DNA from: Gracilinanus agilis
Lineage: Eukaryota
Assembly (NCBI RefSeq): GCF_016433145.1
Contig: NC_058131.1
Span: forward strand, 650,621,862-650,685,861
Length of the DNA stretch: 64,000 bases
Direction: 5' to 3'
The stretch's first letter is position 1. Every line of letters begins with the position of its first letter. The notes under the pieces were generated by a model. The model was not told the DNA's origin and searched no databases. It saw only the letters and a program-made list of their open reading frames with translations. Made by a program: the position numbers and the translations under genes. This document shows, one piece after another, positions 51,316-62,639 of the stretch.

Positions 51316-51894
51316 GTTGTTATCTGACTACATATTGATTCTCCCTTTCCTCACAGTTATGTATTGGTTCTCCCTTGAGTAGTAAATCTGGGAGAATTGT
51401 TGCTGGATTCAACACATTCCATCTTTTTAAAGTGATGTTCTCATTGTTCAGCAACATAATTTTATATTGGAAAAGTTTCTGCTGGGTGAAAGCTTGCAGA
51501 TTGCTTCCAATTGATAGGCAGAATAAACACTCAGTTTGGATCTTAGCACTAGATCTGTTGACTTTTGGATCATTAGTGCTGTTGCCGCGATGGCTCTTAA
51601 ACATGGGACCATTCCTTTTGCCACGTTATCCAATTGTGCATTATAATATGCCACTGGTCTAAAATTTGGTCCTAAGGTTTGCACTAGGACTCCTGATGCT
51701 ATCTTTTGTGCTTCATGGACAAAGAGATGGAGTTCTTTGTTGTAATCAGGGATTCCCAAGGCAGGGGCTGTTATTATCGATTCTTTTAGCTCAGCCAATG
51801 CCTGTAGATGTTAAGCAGTGAGTTTCAGAAGTTCTGTCACTTCCTTTCTTGTAAGGTCTGTGAGACATTTGGTTATTTGACTGTAACCAGGAAT

Positions 51895-52801
51895 TTATTG
51901 TTTGCAGAACCCTGTGACTCCTAGAATCGCTTTAAGTTGCTTTCTGGTTTTTGGCACATTGAGCTTTTGGATATCAGCAACCCTTTTCTTGGATATCTGC
52001 CTCCTCCCCCTCACCAAAATGAAACCGAGGTATTCTACTTTTTGAATACACCATTGCAATTTTGATTTATACACTTTGTGACCACTTTTGTAAAGTTCAC
52101 AGAGAAGCTTGGTATTGTCTCTGAAACAGACTTTCCATGTCAGACTTGTGAGCAATGTATCATCCACAAAATGGACAATGACACTTTCTTTAAACACAAT
52201 GGATTTTAGATCTTGCTTCAAAATTTGCAAAAGACACTCCCAGATTTGTACCACCCTTGAGGCAAATGGCACCAGGTGATCTGGGTTCCTTCCCAGGTAA
52301 ATGCAAAGATATTTTGGCTCTCCTTATCAATAGGTATTGAGAAATATGCAGAGGAAAGATTGATCACTGTATAAAATCTAGCTTTACTTGGAATTTCTGC
52401 AAGAATACTTGTGGGGCTTGGGATGACAGGGTGAGGAGACTTGACCACAAAATCATTTATAGCTCTTAAATCCTGAATGAATCGCCATTGTATGTTTTCT
52501 TGGGCATCAGGTTTTGCTTTTTTGGTTGGCATAGTGGGTGTGTTATACTCAGATATAGTTGGAACCAGGATTTTTTGCTCCAGCAAGCATTGGATTATAG
52601 GTCTTATGCCTTCTGTGGCTTCTTTGCTAAATTTGTATTGAGGTATTTTTGGTAGTATTCCTTGCTTTACTTTGACCTTCACTGGTATTGCAGATTTCAA
52701 CAACTACATCTGTTGAATGTTTAGCCCACACCCCATCTGGTATTTCACTGGGAATTTCAAAAATTGAACTTGTCTCCTGTTTTTGCTCATCCTCCAGTTG
52801 T
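51895..52801 (-). pseudogene. pol: ERV reverse transcriptase remnant
   Basis: YNTP, WRFIQDLRAIN, YFSIPI..FAFTW, LPQG, HFVDD (52159-52170), KVEYLGF; frameshifted. Confidence 0.95.
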
Positions 52802-53191
52802 TCACCCAAAAAACAATGGATAAAGTTTCAGTGCATCCTTAGGTAAGTATAGAAAAATTTTCTCTGTTGGATTACACTGAATTGTCACACCAATTTTACA
52901 TAGAAAATCCCTCCCTAAGAGATTTGTCGGACATTCAGGGATAAGTAAAAAAGTGTGGTCCAGTGTCAGAGGACCTAAAGTTACCATTTTAGGTTTAAGT
53001 TTTGGTACTCTTTGAGTTTTCCCTGTAGCTCCCATCACTTGCACTGATCCCACTATTTTACTATTGTCAGGAGATGTTTTTAATACTGATCTCATTGCTC
53101 CTGTGTCTATTAGAGCTGGATATATTTCCTCTCCTACTTTTATCATTACAAGAGGTTCAATAGTATTAGGATGTTGGAAAACCTGAACCAT
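52802..53191 (-). pseudogene. pro: ERV aspartic protease remnant
   Basis: LIDTGA active site and NLLGRDFL motif. Confidence 0.93.
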
Positions 53192-53203
53192 TGGTGCTTG
53201 AAG

Positions 53204-54541
53204 TTAAATTTTTCCCAGATCCAAGTTCTCTATTATCTGAGTTGTAAAATTTTGCTCTGAATTCTGTTTTAAGGATTGATTTTTCAACCCATTTGCAATG
53301 GGATTGCTTGAGCTTGGAGACTTGAGGAATTTTGGATATTGTTTGTCTTGTTCATTGACCCTATATATGTTGATGGATTGAACTCTTTAATATTAGGGTT
53401 CAGTCTTTACCAGATCTGTGACAACCTCCTCTGCTGTATTATCCTCATTGCTTATGTCTCCAGGAGGTCTGCTTATTTGGATCTTTGGAGATATTATTGT
53501 TTTATCCAACCCCTTGAGCCATTCTACTGTTTGAATAGATGTCTTTTCCTCCACTTCAATTAAAGATTTCATTTTGGAGGAATTAGAGCACAAGATCTTT
53601 GAATCATTTACATTTGCTTTTTCATTTTGCTCTGGACCTTCAGTTCCTATCCTATGTTTTTTTCCCTTTGTTATGTTACACTCGTTCTGTGCTGAGATCT
53701 CTTTTGCTTCACTGTTATTAGAAACGGTTTCTTTGTAATCTTTCCCCTCTTAATTATTGCTCATTAATAACTGTGTTGTTTGTGTTGTATTCTTTGTAAC
53801 ATTATCTTCATCCCCTTCCTCCCTTGTTTCTTTTATCACTGTTCTATACACCTTACACTGTATTTCATTAATATTTTTTTGCATTTGTAAGTCTTCCTCC
53901 TTTTGTGCTCCATTTTTATATTTTATCTTTTTGCCCACTGTTTTTATCCCAATGTCTTTTCCCTCAGTACTATTTTCTCCATATCTTTTCCCATTACTAT
54001 TTATTTCTTCTACACCCATTATATGGCTTCATAATTGACTTTGTTTAGAAATTCCTGCAGCAATAGATGAATATTTTGCTTTCTCCCCTTGTTGGATATA
54101 TTTTCTCATTGTTTCAAGATCTAGTGCTTAGCTTTCTGAATAATTATTACTACTATAGACATGGGAACAACATTTTCCATGTTCTGACTTATTGTTGGAG
54201 TTATTATAGGTTGAATTATTTTTCCACTATCCCCTTTTATCATTTCCTGTATCTAGTTGTGCTTTAATTCTACAGTTTCTCACTATGGCCTAATTTTCCA
54301 CAGAAGAAACATTTTGGCAGATTGCTTCTTTGTCTGTTTTGCCCAAAGTCTCTTCTAGGTCTATATGCTTGCAGGTTTTTTACTTCATCTATCTCCTTTT
54401 GTCTCAACTTGTTGTTTGCCTCTTATAACTGAGATTTCAGCTACTGTACCAACTCATCCCATTGCTTATTTCGATGTTCCTTCTCCCCAGTAAAAACATA
54501 AGTAGTTGTTCTTCTTAAATCCTCTAACCCTAGAAATTCCC
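53204..54541 (-). pseudogene. gag: 5'-truncated ERV gag remnant (NC zinc knuckle plus long downstream segment)
   Basis: 54311-54272 reads CFFCGKLGH..(frameshift)..VRNC, a CX2CX4HX4C knuckle 2 nt short. In-frame TAA at 53204-53206 precedes the protease. Confidence 0.7.
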
Positions 54542-54610
54542 AGTCTAGCAGTAGACCTGATCTTGGTTGAAAGGTTGAAGTGGCTAGATGGCTACAATGC
54601 TTAAACTGGA
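54542..54610 (+). repeat. Right copy of the 69-bp direct repeat, continuing into an old MIR-like SINE (to ~54700)
   Basis: 65/69 identity to 45684-45752, followed by cttggaatcaagaagacctgaattcaaatcc...gtgtgactctaggcaagtcactta. Confidence 0.9.
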
Positions 54611-54959
54611 CTTGGAATCAAGAAGACCTGAATTCAAATCCTACTTTGGGCATTTACTAGCTGTGTGACTCTAGGCAAGTCACTTATCCTCTCTCCCAGT
54701 TTGGGGTTTAGAATTAAAGTTAGGTCTAGAGTCAGAGTTGGGTTTCTCTCTTTATTCACAGCTATCACCTTAGCTCTGGGACTCACAAGTTATTGCCTGG
54801 ATTATTACAGCCTCCTAAATGATCTCTTTGCCTCGAGATTTTTCCCACTCTAGTCCTTTCTCTACTTGTTTGTGTTTGTTATGAGGCAAAAATAGTTATT
54901 CTCTTCTGGATTTATCTTTTCCCTTTTAAACATAGTTCCTTGAACATATGATTTGTCAC

Positions 54960-55365
54960 TTATTTATATGGATATTGGATGAAGGGTTTTGGTTTTTAAA
55001 AGATTGTTACAAAAATGAATAATATGGAAATAGGTATCAAGTGATAACACATGTATAAACCAGTGGAATTGCTTTTTTTTTTCCTCCCTTAACTTCTGTC
55101 TATTGGTTCATAAGTGGAAGATTGGTAAGGGTGGGCAATGGGGGTCAAGTGACTTGCCCAGGGTCACACAGCTGGGAAGTGTCTGAGGCCGGATTTGAAC
55201 CTAGGACCTTCCATCTCTAGGCCTGGCTCTCAATCCACTGAGCTACCCAGCTGCCCCCTGGAATTGCTTTCTGGCTCCAGGAGTGGGAAGCAAAGAGGGT
55301 AGGGAGAGAAAATGAATCCTGTAACAATGAAAAAAATTAAAAATAAATAAAATTAAAAAAAAATA
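54960..55365 (+). mobile_element. L1 3'UTR fragment interrupted by a SINE
   Basis: aataatatggaaataggt..ccagtggaattgc|SINE|..tgaatcctgtaacaatgaaaaaa A-rich tail. Confidence 0.75.
55076..55258 (-). mobile_element. Young SINE1_Mdo-type SINE with TSD
   Basis: TSD tggaattgcttt at 55064-55075 and 55259-55270. Confidence 0.92.
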
Positions 55366-55562
55366 AACATAGTTCCCTGGACTTTTAATAGAGAGGACCA
55401 TCACTTGCTTTAGACTTAACACAGTTCAAACAAGTTTAACCATATTCTACAGAATGCCCTTTGAAACCTGAATTGCAGAAATGGGAATTATATTTGCTAA
55501 GAAGATAATTCATTGTAAATAAGTCACTGTTTAGAATCTCACATGTTATAAAGCAACAGTTC

Positions 55563-55818
55563 TTTAAATTAATTATACTGTTGTTCAGTTATTTCTGTCA
55601 TATCCAACTCTTTGTCATCCCATTTGGTGTTTTCTTGGCAAAGATACTGGAACGATTTGCCATCTCCTTCTCCAGCTTATTTTATAGATGAGGAAACTGA
55701 GGCAAACAAGATCAAGTGACTTGCCCAAAGTCACCCAGTTAGTAAGAATCTAAGGGCATATTTGAATCCAGGTCTTCCTGATTCTAGATCTAGTGCTCTA
55801 TCTATTGTGCTGCCACAG
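55563..55818 (-). mobile_element. MAR1-like SINE
   Basis: tgttgttcagtt..ccatttggtgttttcttggcaaagatactgg..agatgaggaaactgaggc. Confidence 0.8.
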
Positions 55819-56716
55819 TGATTAAAAAAAAAAAGGAAGAACCTCAGTCAATTGAATAGATGAAATAAATGTGACTAATAAATAAAAACATTTAGAGGCT
55901 CGGTGTTTTTGGAAAACCTGAGAACAAAAACCATAGAAGAAGTGGTTTTAATTTACCTTTTTAATTCAACAGAAACTTCTGGGGAAAGAACAATTTAGTG
56001 GAAAAGGGGTTGAGACAAGCATTTTATACTTTGTACCATAATAAAGTCCAGATGGATAAAAGATATGAACATAAAAAGCCAAAATACAAGGTTAAAACTG
56101 CTACAGTTATGAGAACTGAAATAACTGGTAACAAGCTTTGTGTACAGCCTATTTATTGCAAAAGAGAAAACAGGCCCTCTGAAATCACAGCCATTCTTTT
56201 AGATAGTTTTGTTTAATGATTTTTTGAGATTCTCCTTTGTAAAGGGATCAGGACATACTGGTTGGAATGCTTTTGCTCTGTCAAAACCAAATGTAGCAAT
56301 AGTAAAAAAAAAAAAAAGAAAATTTGAAGATAGTTAAAAATAAGTGTTTGAATTGTACTAACCAGTTTCAAAACACAAATGGCTCCTAAACCAAAAAGAT
56401 CATGAGTTGATAAAATCATTACTAATAATTAACCTATTCAAACAATCTAGAACTTCAAAGTTATCTATGAACATTGAACTCTGGGTATTTACAGTACCTT
56501 ATTAAAGTGATGGGCTTGGGGGAGGGGGAGCCATTTAATGGTGATTAAATTGACTTAAGTATTAAAGACGGAAATGAGACAGCAAATTTTTTTGTTATGT
56601 CATTCTGTTGTCACTGAGAAAGAATGTTGTGTCATTCAACTGACAGTGGGAAAGAATGTTGGAAATTAATTATAGCATGATATTTAAAACCATCTGCTTG
56701 CCATGTGTTTCTTTCT

Positions 56717-56921
56717 TTTTTTTTTTTTTTTAACCTCTTCTTTCCATCTTATAATCAATTCTATATATTGATACTGAAGCAAAAGAGCGGTATGGGCTAG
56801 ACAATGGGAGTTAAGTGACTTGCCCAGGGTCACACAGCTAGGAAGTCTCAGACCAGATTTGTACCCAGGACCTTCCATCTCTGGATCTGGCTCTCTATCC
56901 ACTGAGCCACCCAGCTGCCCC
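56717..56921 (-). mobile_element. CORE SINE
   Basis: Poly-T and reverse-complement body ending ccacccagctgcccc. Confidence 0.85.
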
Positions 56922-57589
56922 TTGCCATATTTTTTTTTAATGAATTTTACAACACTTACATTTCCTGTATCTCTTTTTCTCCTCCCAGAAAACCATCCTA
57001 AATAACAAAACAAAAAGAAGAAACAGTTCAGCAAAATTCACCAACATATCAAAAAATAAAAGTCTGGTATTATCTGTAAGTGCTCCATTCTCATAATCTA
57101 TTATTTCTGCACAGAAAGATGGAAGGAAACATTTTTTTTCCTCCTTTGGGTCATGCTGGGTTATAATTTTGTAGAATGCAATTTCAGTTGATTTATTGTT
57201 CTTCTTGCTGCCTACATTGTTTTAGTAATCGTGTAAGTTCTTTCCCCGGATCTGCTTACTTCCTTTTGCATCCTTTTACAGAATCTGTACAATGCATCTC
57301 TATAATTCTTCACAGTAATTGTATCTTTCAATGCCATATTATTCCATTCTGATTAGTCATTCCCCAGTCAGGCCATCTACTTTGCTTCCAGTTTTTGTTT
57401 TGTTGCTACTAAAAAATACTACTATAAATATTCGAGGGGATAGAACATGTCTTTCTGTATCATTCTGTAGGAGAATCAAATGTTAGAACGAAAAGGGATC
57501 AAACTGTCCAGTGCAAACTGTTCATTTTATACATAGCCCTAGTCTGATATTGTTAAAGAACTTGAGATTCTGGAAAGGAAGGCCACCTA

Positions 57590-58020
57590 GTTCAGGGAGA
57601 AATTCTGATTCTCTGGGGAAATTGGTTTATTCCTGGACTGACGCTGCCAAATTCTGACCCTTCCACACCAAAGGAGAAATAGGACAGAAACCAGGCAAGA
57701 AGACTGAGAGACCCTGCCCCATGGAGGGGGCACGATGGGAAAAGTTCTGATGAGGCAAAGCTGGAAGATGGGAAAACAGAAGCCACAAAGAGCCACTACT
57801 GTGGACATGAGACAAACTGCAGTAAGGGGCTGCCAGGCTCTATTGTAAGGCGAGTCTGAGTGAACCCTATTTTTTGCTGGATGTGTAGTCTCTATACTTA
57901 ATATATGTAGTATTACACAGAATGCATTTTAAAGCTTTAAGCTATTAAATAACTTTTACTATTTGATAGTAGCAGCAGCTATTATTAAATAGAGATTGCA
58001 ACTATTAAAGCTTAAAATGC
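57590..58020. mobile_element. Possible LTR remnant
   Basis: LTR-like composition with an ATTAAA-type signal; termini not resolved. Confidence 0.3.
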
Positions 58021-58129
58021 TTTACACTTGGGAGTGTTTGTACACATACCTGTACTTGTATCCATTAGAATGGAAACTCCTTTAGAGTAGAAATTGTTTC
58101 ATTCTTTGCCTTTGTATCTCCAGCAATCA

Positions 58130-58915
58130 ATCAATAAACATTTATTAAATGACTATTATGACAGCCTCTGTGCTAAGTGTTGGGGATACCAAAGGAGAAA
58201 AAGGCAGCTACAGACCTTGGGCTGACAGCCTATTGGGGGAGAATACAAGCAAACAAATATATATAAAACCAGCTACATATAAGATAAATGGGAACTAATT
58301 GACACAGAGAAGGCTCTAGAATTAGAAAGGGCTGGGGGTGGTGGTGGTGCAGTTTGGTGGTTCAGTGGATAGAATACCAGTTCTGGAGATCAGAGATCCT
58401 GGGTTCAAAATCTGACCTTAGACATTTCCTAGCTGTGTGACTCTGAGCAAGTCACTTAACCCCAATTGCCTAGCACTTACTGCTCTTCTACATTAGAACC
58501 AATAAGTAGTATTGAGTCTAAGATAGAAGGTAAGGTGTTTTTTTTAAAGGGGGGTAGGGAAGGTTTCCTGTAGAAGATAGGGATTTAGATGGGAAGTAGA
58601 AGAAGCCAGAAAGGTCAATAGGCAAAATGAAGGAGGGAGAGAGAGCATTCCAGGCACAGGGGGACAGCCAGGAAAATTCCTAGAGCCAAAAGATAGGAGT
58701 GTTTTATTTTTGGAACAGCCAGGAGACCAGTGCCATTGGATCCAAGATTAAATAATAGGGAGTAAGACTGGAAAGGTAGGAAACCTGGGGTAGTTATGAA
58801 GGACAAACAGGATTTTGTGTTTGATCCTGAAGGAGACAGGTAGCTGCTAGAATTTATTGAGTAGTGAAGTTACATAGTTGGACACTCACTTCAGGAAAAT
58901 CACTTTGGTGATTGT
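58130..58915 (-). mobile_element. L2 remnant containing a SINE (58346-58550, +)
   Basis: tcaataaacatttattaaatgac L2 3' end (reverse complement) and gagagcattccaggcacaggg body. Confidence 0.65.
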
Positions 58916-58939
58916 CTTCTGAAATTACCCCCTTGTCAT

Positions 58940-59131
58940 TTTTTTAACCTTCCATCTTAGAATGAATACTGTGTATTTGTTCCAAGGCAGACGAGCGATA
59001 AGGGCTAGGCAATGGGGGTTAAGTGACTTGCCCAGGTTCACACAGCTAGGAAGTATCTGAGGTCAGATTTGATCCCAGGACCTCCTGTCTCTAAGCCTGA
59101 CTCTCAATCCACTGGACTACCCAGATACCCC
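58940..59131 (-). mobile_element. CORE SINE
   Basis: Reverse-complement SINE with gatttgatccc box. Confidence 0.8.
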
Positions 59132-59134
59132 TTA

Positions 59135-59550
59135 ATCATTTCTTTTAGTACAATAGTATTCCATCACAATGATATGCCACAACTTGTTCAGCCATCCCCT
59201 AATTTTGAACATGCCCTTGATTTCCAATTCTTTGCCACCACAAAAAGAGCTGCTACAAAAATTTATGTGTGTATGTATATGTGTATATATACAAGTCCTT
59301 TTCCTTTTTCTTTGATTTCTTTGGGAAACAGACCTCGTAGTGTTATTGCTGAGTCAAAGGGAGAGGCACAGTTTTATAGCCCTGGGGGCATAGTTCCAAA
59401 CTTGTTCAGAATGACTGGGCCAGTTCAATAGTCTACCAATAATAGATCATTAATGTAATTGCCCTGACGTCTGCTAGTATTTCTCATTTCTAATAGGAGT
59501 AAGTAGTATCTCAGAGTTGTTTTAATTTACCTTTCTCTAATCAATAATGA
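59135..59550 (-). mobile_element. L1 ORF2 3' fragment
   Basis: ttccaattctttgccaccacaaaaagagctgct..gagtcaaaggg..tctcagagttgttttaattt (reverse complement of L1 ORF2 end). Confidence 0.8.
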
Positions 59551-59557
59551 TTTAGAG

Positions 59558-59687
59558 CAGTGATGAGCAAACTTTTTAAAGAGGGGGCCAAAGGAAAGGA
59601 AATGCTCATCTGTTGGTCTGTTTCTAAGGCAACTGTTTCGAAGTTTCATTGCATTGTATCCTACTCATTGTATTCGTCAGATTAGGA
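59558..59687. mobile_element. Truncated copy of the 30855-31059 hAT MITE family, opposite orientation
   Basis: Starts cagtgatgagcaaacttttt and is colinear with the reverse complement of the 31059 end up to ..tcagattagga. Confidence 0.85.
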
Positions 59688-59727
59688 TATTAGTTATTTC
59701 ACTCAGTATCAGTTCATGTAGATCTTT

Positions 59728-60399
59728 GATCCAGTAATACCACTACTAGGTCTGTATTCCAAAGAGATTTTTAAAAATGAGAAAGGACATGTTAGAACAA
59801 AAATATTTATAGCTATTCTTTTTGTGGTGGCAAAGAATTGGAAACTAAAGGGTATCCCTCAATTGGGGAATGGCTGACTAAATTATGATAGATAATACTG
59901 ATGGAATACTGTTTGCTGTAAGGAATGATAAACAGGATTATTTCAGGAAGAGCTGGAAAGATCTACATGAACTGATACTGAGTGAAATAAGTAGAACCAG
60001 GAAAATATTGTACAAAGTAACAGCAATATTATGGAACAATCGAATGTGATAAATTTTGCTACTAACAGCAATATAATGATCCAGGACAATTCTAAGGGGC
60101 TTATGAAAAAGAATGCTATCCACCTCCAAAGAAAGAACTGTTGGAGTAGGAATGCAGATGAAAGCACATAATTTATCATTTGTTTATTTGGGTATATATT
60201 TTGTGGTTTTGATTTTATAAGATTGTCCACTTACAGAAATGAACAATATGCAAATATATTTTGTGTGATAATACATTTATAAACCAGATTGAATTGCTTG
60301 CCAACTGGTGGGGGGAAGAAAGGAGGGAGACAATTTGGATCATATAACTTCAGAAAACTTATGTGGAAATTTGTCACTAAAAAAAAAAAAAAAAAAAAG
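59728..60399 (+). mobile_element. L1 ORF2 end, 3'UTR and poly-A
   Basis: ctaggtctgtattccaaagag..gtggcaaagaattggaaac..A21 tail at ~60379-60399. Confidence 0.9.
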
Positions 60400-61789
60400 A
60401 ATCAATGGGAATAACCTCCAGGAAATAGAAGATTTAGCATTACAGATTTGGCAAATACTTTCTTCTTCTCAATAGCAGTCCATCCAGTTCATATTTGCAT
60501 GACATTTACTGTTTAGCCCCAGAGACAGCTCTATACTCCTGCTGTTAGTCACAATGTGACTGGATCTAAACGGCCTTTCTCTATCTCAGAAATCACCCTG
60601 GCCCAACATGTCCACCACATCATGTTTATTGGGAAGCATTTGGTAAAGGACACTATCTCAGTTAGTAGGTCATTTGAGGCACAGAGACTTAGAAATAAAT
60701 CACTATCTAAGCTAGAGATTATCTCTATGAACTTTCTAGAAGTTCAACTTTCTGTATTTTCCTGATGAGAAAAAAAAAAGTCCCAGGGCTTTGGGGCATC
60801 TTTCAGCTTTTGGCACCAGTAATTAGTTTAATTATATATTAGAACTTTCTTGACATGGTTGCTCTTTTACTTAGGGAAGCTTTAACCCTTCTTTCTCCAA
60901 TCCTTTGCAAGTTTCTGAGGCAGTAGAGTACCTGCTCCATAGGGGACTTGGCCATCCCAGATCTTAAGCCTCCATGAACCTAAGGTACAATACCTTTTCT
61001 TCAGGGGACTCAGAGGTGGGGAGCTGAATGCTTGTACACTGGTGGTTATTTTCCTGGGTATGCTCAGTCTTCACAGGATTCCAGAGGGTGGTTGTATCTA
61101 TTAACTAGTCATTCCTCACCCTAAGGAAGATGAATTCCTAGATCTTGTTCCCCTTCTCCCCATGCTTCAGAGACAATGTCTGCTAGTTACTTTCAATTTT
61201 GTTGATGTGTATTGTTTTTTGCTATATATGTTTATAGATTATTGCCCCTTTGTGAGGGATCTCATAACAAAGTTAGACAGTTAAACAAAACTAGTAATAT
61301 AGTGTCCTTATGTATAAAACAAGGGGGTTGAACTAGGTAATGCCTAAGATCCCTTTCAAATCAATTTCCCTTTAGTCTCTCTGTAACATACATCCTGGGA
61401 GAGGCAAAGAGAAGCTTTTGGTCTTTGGGATGCATTGGTGGCGAACATCAGGAAAGAATGTCAGTTTGTCCTGATTCAAGGTCTTCTAAAGATGACATGC
61501 TTAGGTATTTTTATGTGGGAATCTACCTACTAAAAGAGTTGAGAGATAGTGCAGTCACTGGGAATGCATCCCTTTTGTGACATAATTCCCATGAAATTAT
61601 ACACTCATATATAGAACACCTGAACTGAGCAGAAAAGAATGTTTTAGTTGGACTAGAATGGGATGGGAGGGGCCTGTGGAAACCCAATGCTTGAATTGGG
61701 AGACAGATTTGAATATAGATCTCTCCTACCACAACTCACTAATCTTGTAATGAGAGCAATAGGATCTTCTGTCCTCTCTCAAGACAATT

Positions 61790-62140
61790 CTCAAGAATTG
61801 TTCCCCATTGCCTTTAAGATCAAATATAAATTCCTCAGTTTGGTCATTCAAGCTTTTCAAAGTCTTTTCTTAGCTTGACAGTTTCCTTTCATGTTACTCC
61901 CTTCCTTTCTCTCTATAGTTTAGAAAAAATGGCCTCTTTGCTATTCTTTACATATGATCTATTTCCTCTCTCTGGGAGTGAGTACTGGCATTCCTCTGTA
62001 CTTTGAATGTCTTCCTATTCACTTTTGCCTCTTGGAAGCCCCGAGATTCTTTAAGTCTAACAAACACCATCCAGTTTGCAAGGACTTTCCTGATCCCTTC
62101 AGCTGCAAGTCTTTCCACTACCTAACTCCTAGCAGAAAGA
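61790..62140 (+). mobile_element. L2 remnant
   Basis: ccccattgcctttaagatcaaatataaattcctcag..cttttgcctcttgg pattern. Confidence 0.55.
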
Positions 62141-62288
62141 CTCTTGTGGCTGAAGTAATGGTGAACCTATGGCATATGTGCCAAAGACTTTCCTGATCCC
62201 TTCAGCTGCAAGTCTTTCCACTACCCAACTCTTAGCAGAAAGACTCTTGTGGCTGAAGTAATGGTGAACCTATGGCATATGTGCCAAA
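62083..62288 (+). repeat. Tandem duplication, 2 x 103 bp
   Basis: 62083-62185 vs 62186-62288 differ at 2 positions. Confidence 0.95.
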
Positions 62289-62600
62289 GAGGGCAGGCAG
62301 AGTGCTCTCTGTGAGCATGTGCACTGCCATCCCCCCCAATCCACCCCCAGAGTTCATTACTGGAAAGGCAGAGGGACTTGGGTGGAACTGTTCTCCTCCC
62401 CTTCTCCACTATCTGATGACATTTTTTCACACCCCCTGCCCCTCTGCCTATGTCCAATGGAAGCATACAGGGGGTGAGGTGGGCAGCTCATGGGTAGCAA
62501 AGCTGGAGGGGAACTGAGCACTTGGGCTACTCTGCTCCCTTCCTCTACACCCACCCCTCCAACCAGCAGCCCAGCGGAAGCACTTCCTTCCTCCACTCAA
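62153..62600 (+). mobile_element. hAT-type non-autonomous element, left end (duplicated), right TIR not found
   Basis: aagtaatggtgaacctatggcatatgtgccaaaga resembles a CpG-decayed CAGTGATGGCGAACCT hAT terminus, followed by a GC-rich body. Confidence 0.55.
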
Positions 62601-62639
62601 TAGAGGGAAAATATTTCTTATCCCATATTTTGAGTGTTA

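Larger units (their letters stand above)
50013..51894 (-). pseudogene. pol: ERV pol tether and RNase H remnant, interrupted by LTR and MITE
   Basis: LKESIITAPALGIPDYNKELHLFVHE, RPVAYY, CLRAIAATA, IFMDGSS, VAVIHYRAH..GNHRTD. Confidence 0.9.

Noticed and set aside
52159-52170. FVDD as a novel RT active-site variant
   Set aside because: It is one substitution from YVDD (TAT to TTT) in a heavily decayed copy.
48500-54541. APOBEC-type G-to-A hypermutation suggested by the A-rich coding strand
   Set aside because: It cannot be shown without a consensus, and the visible lesions are mostly indels and plausible CpG decay.
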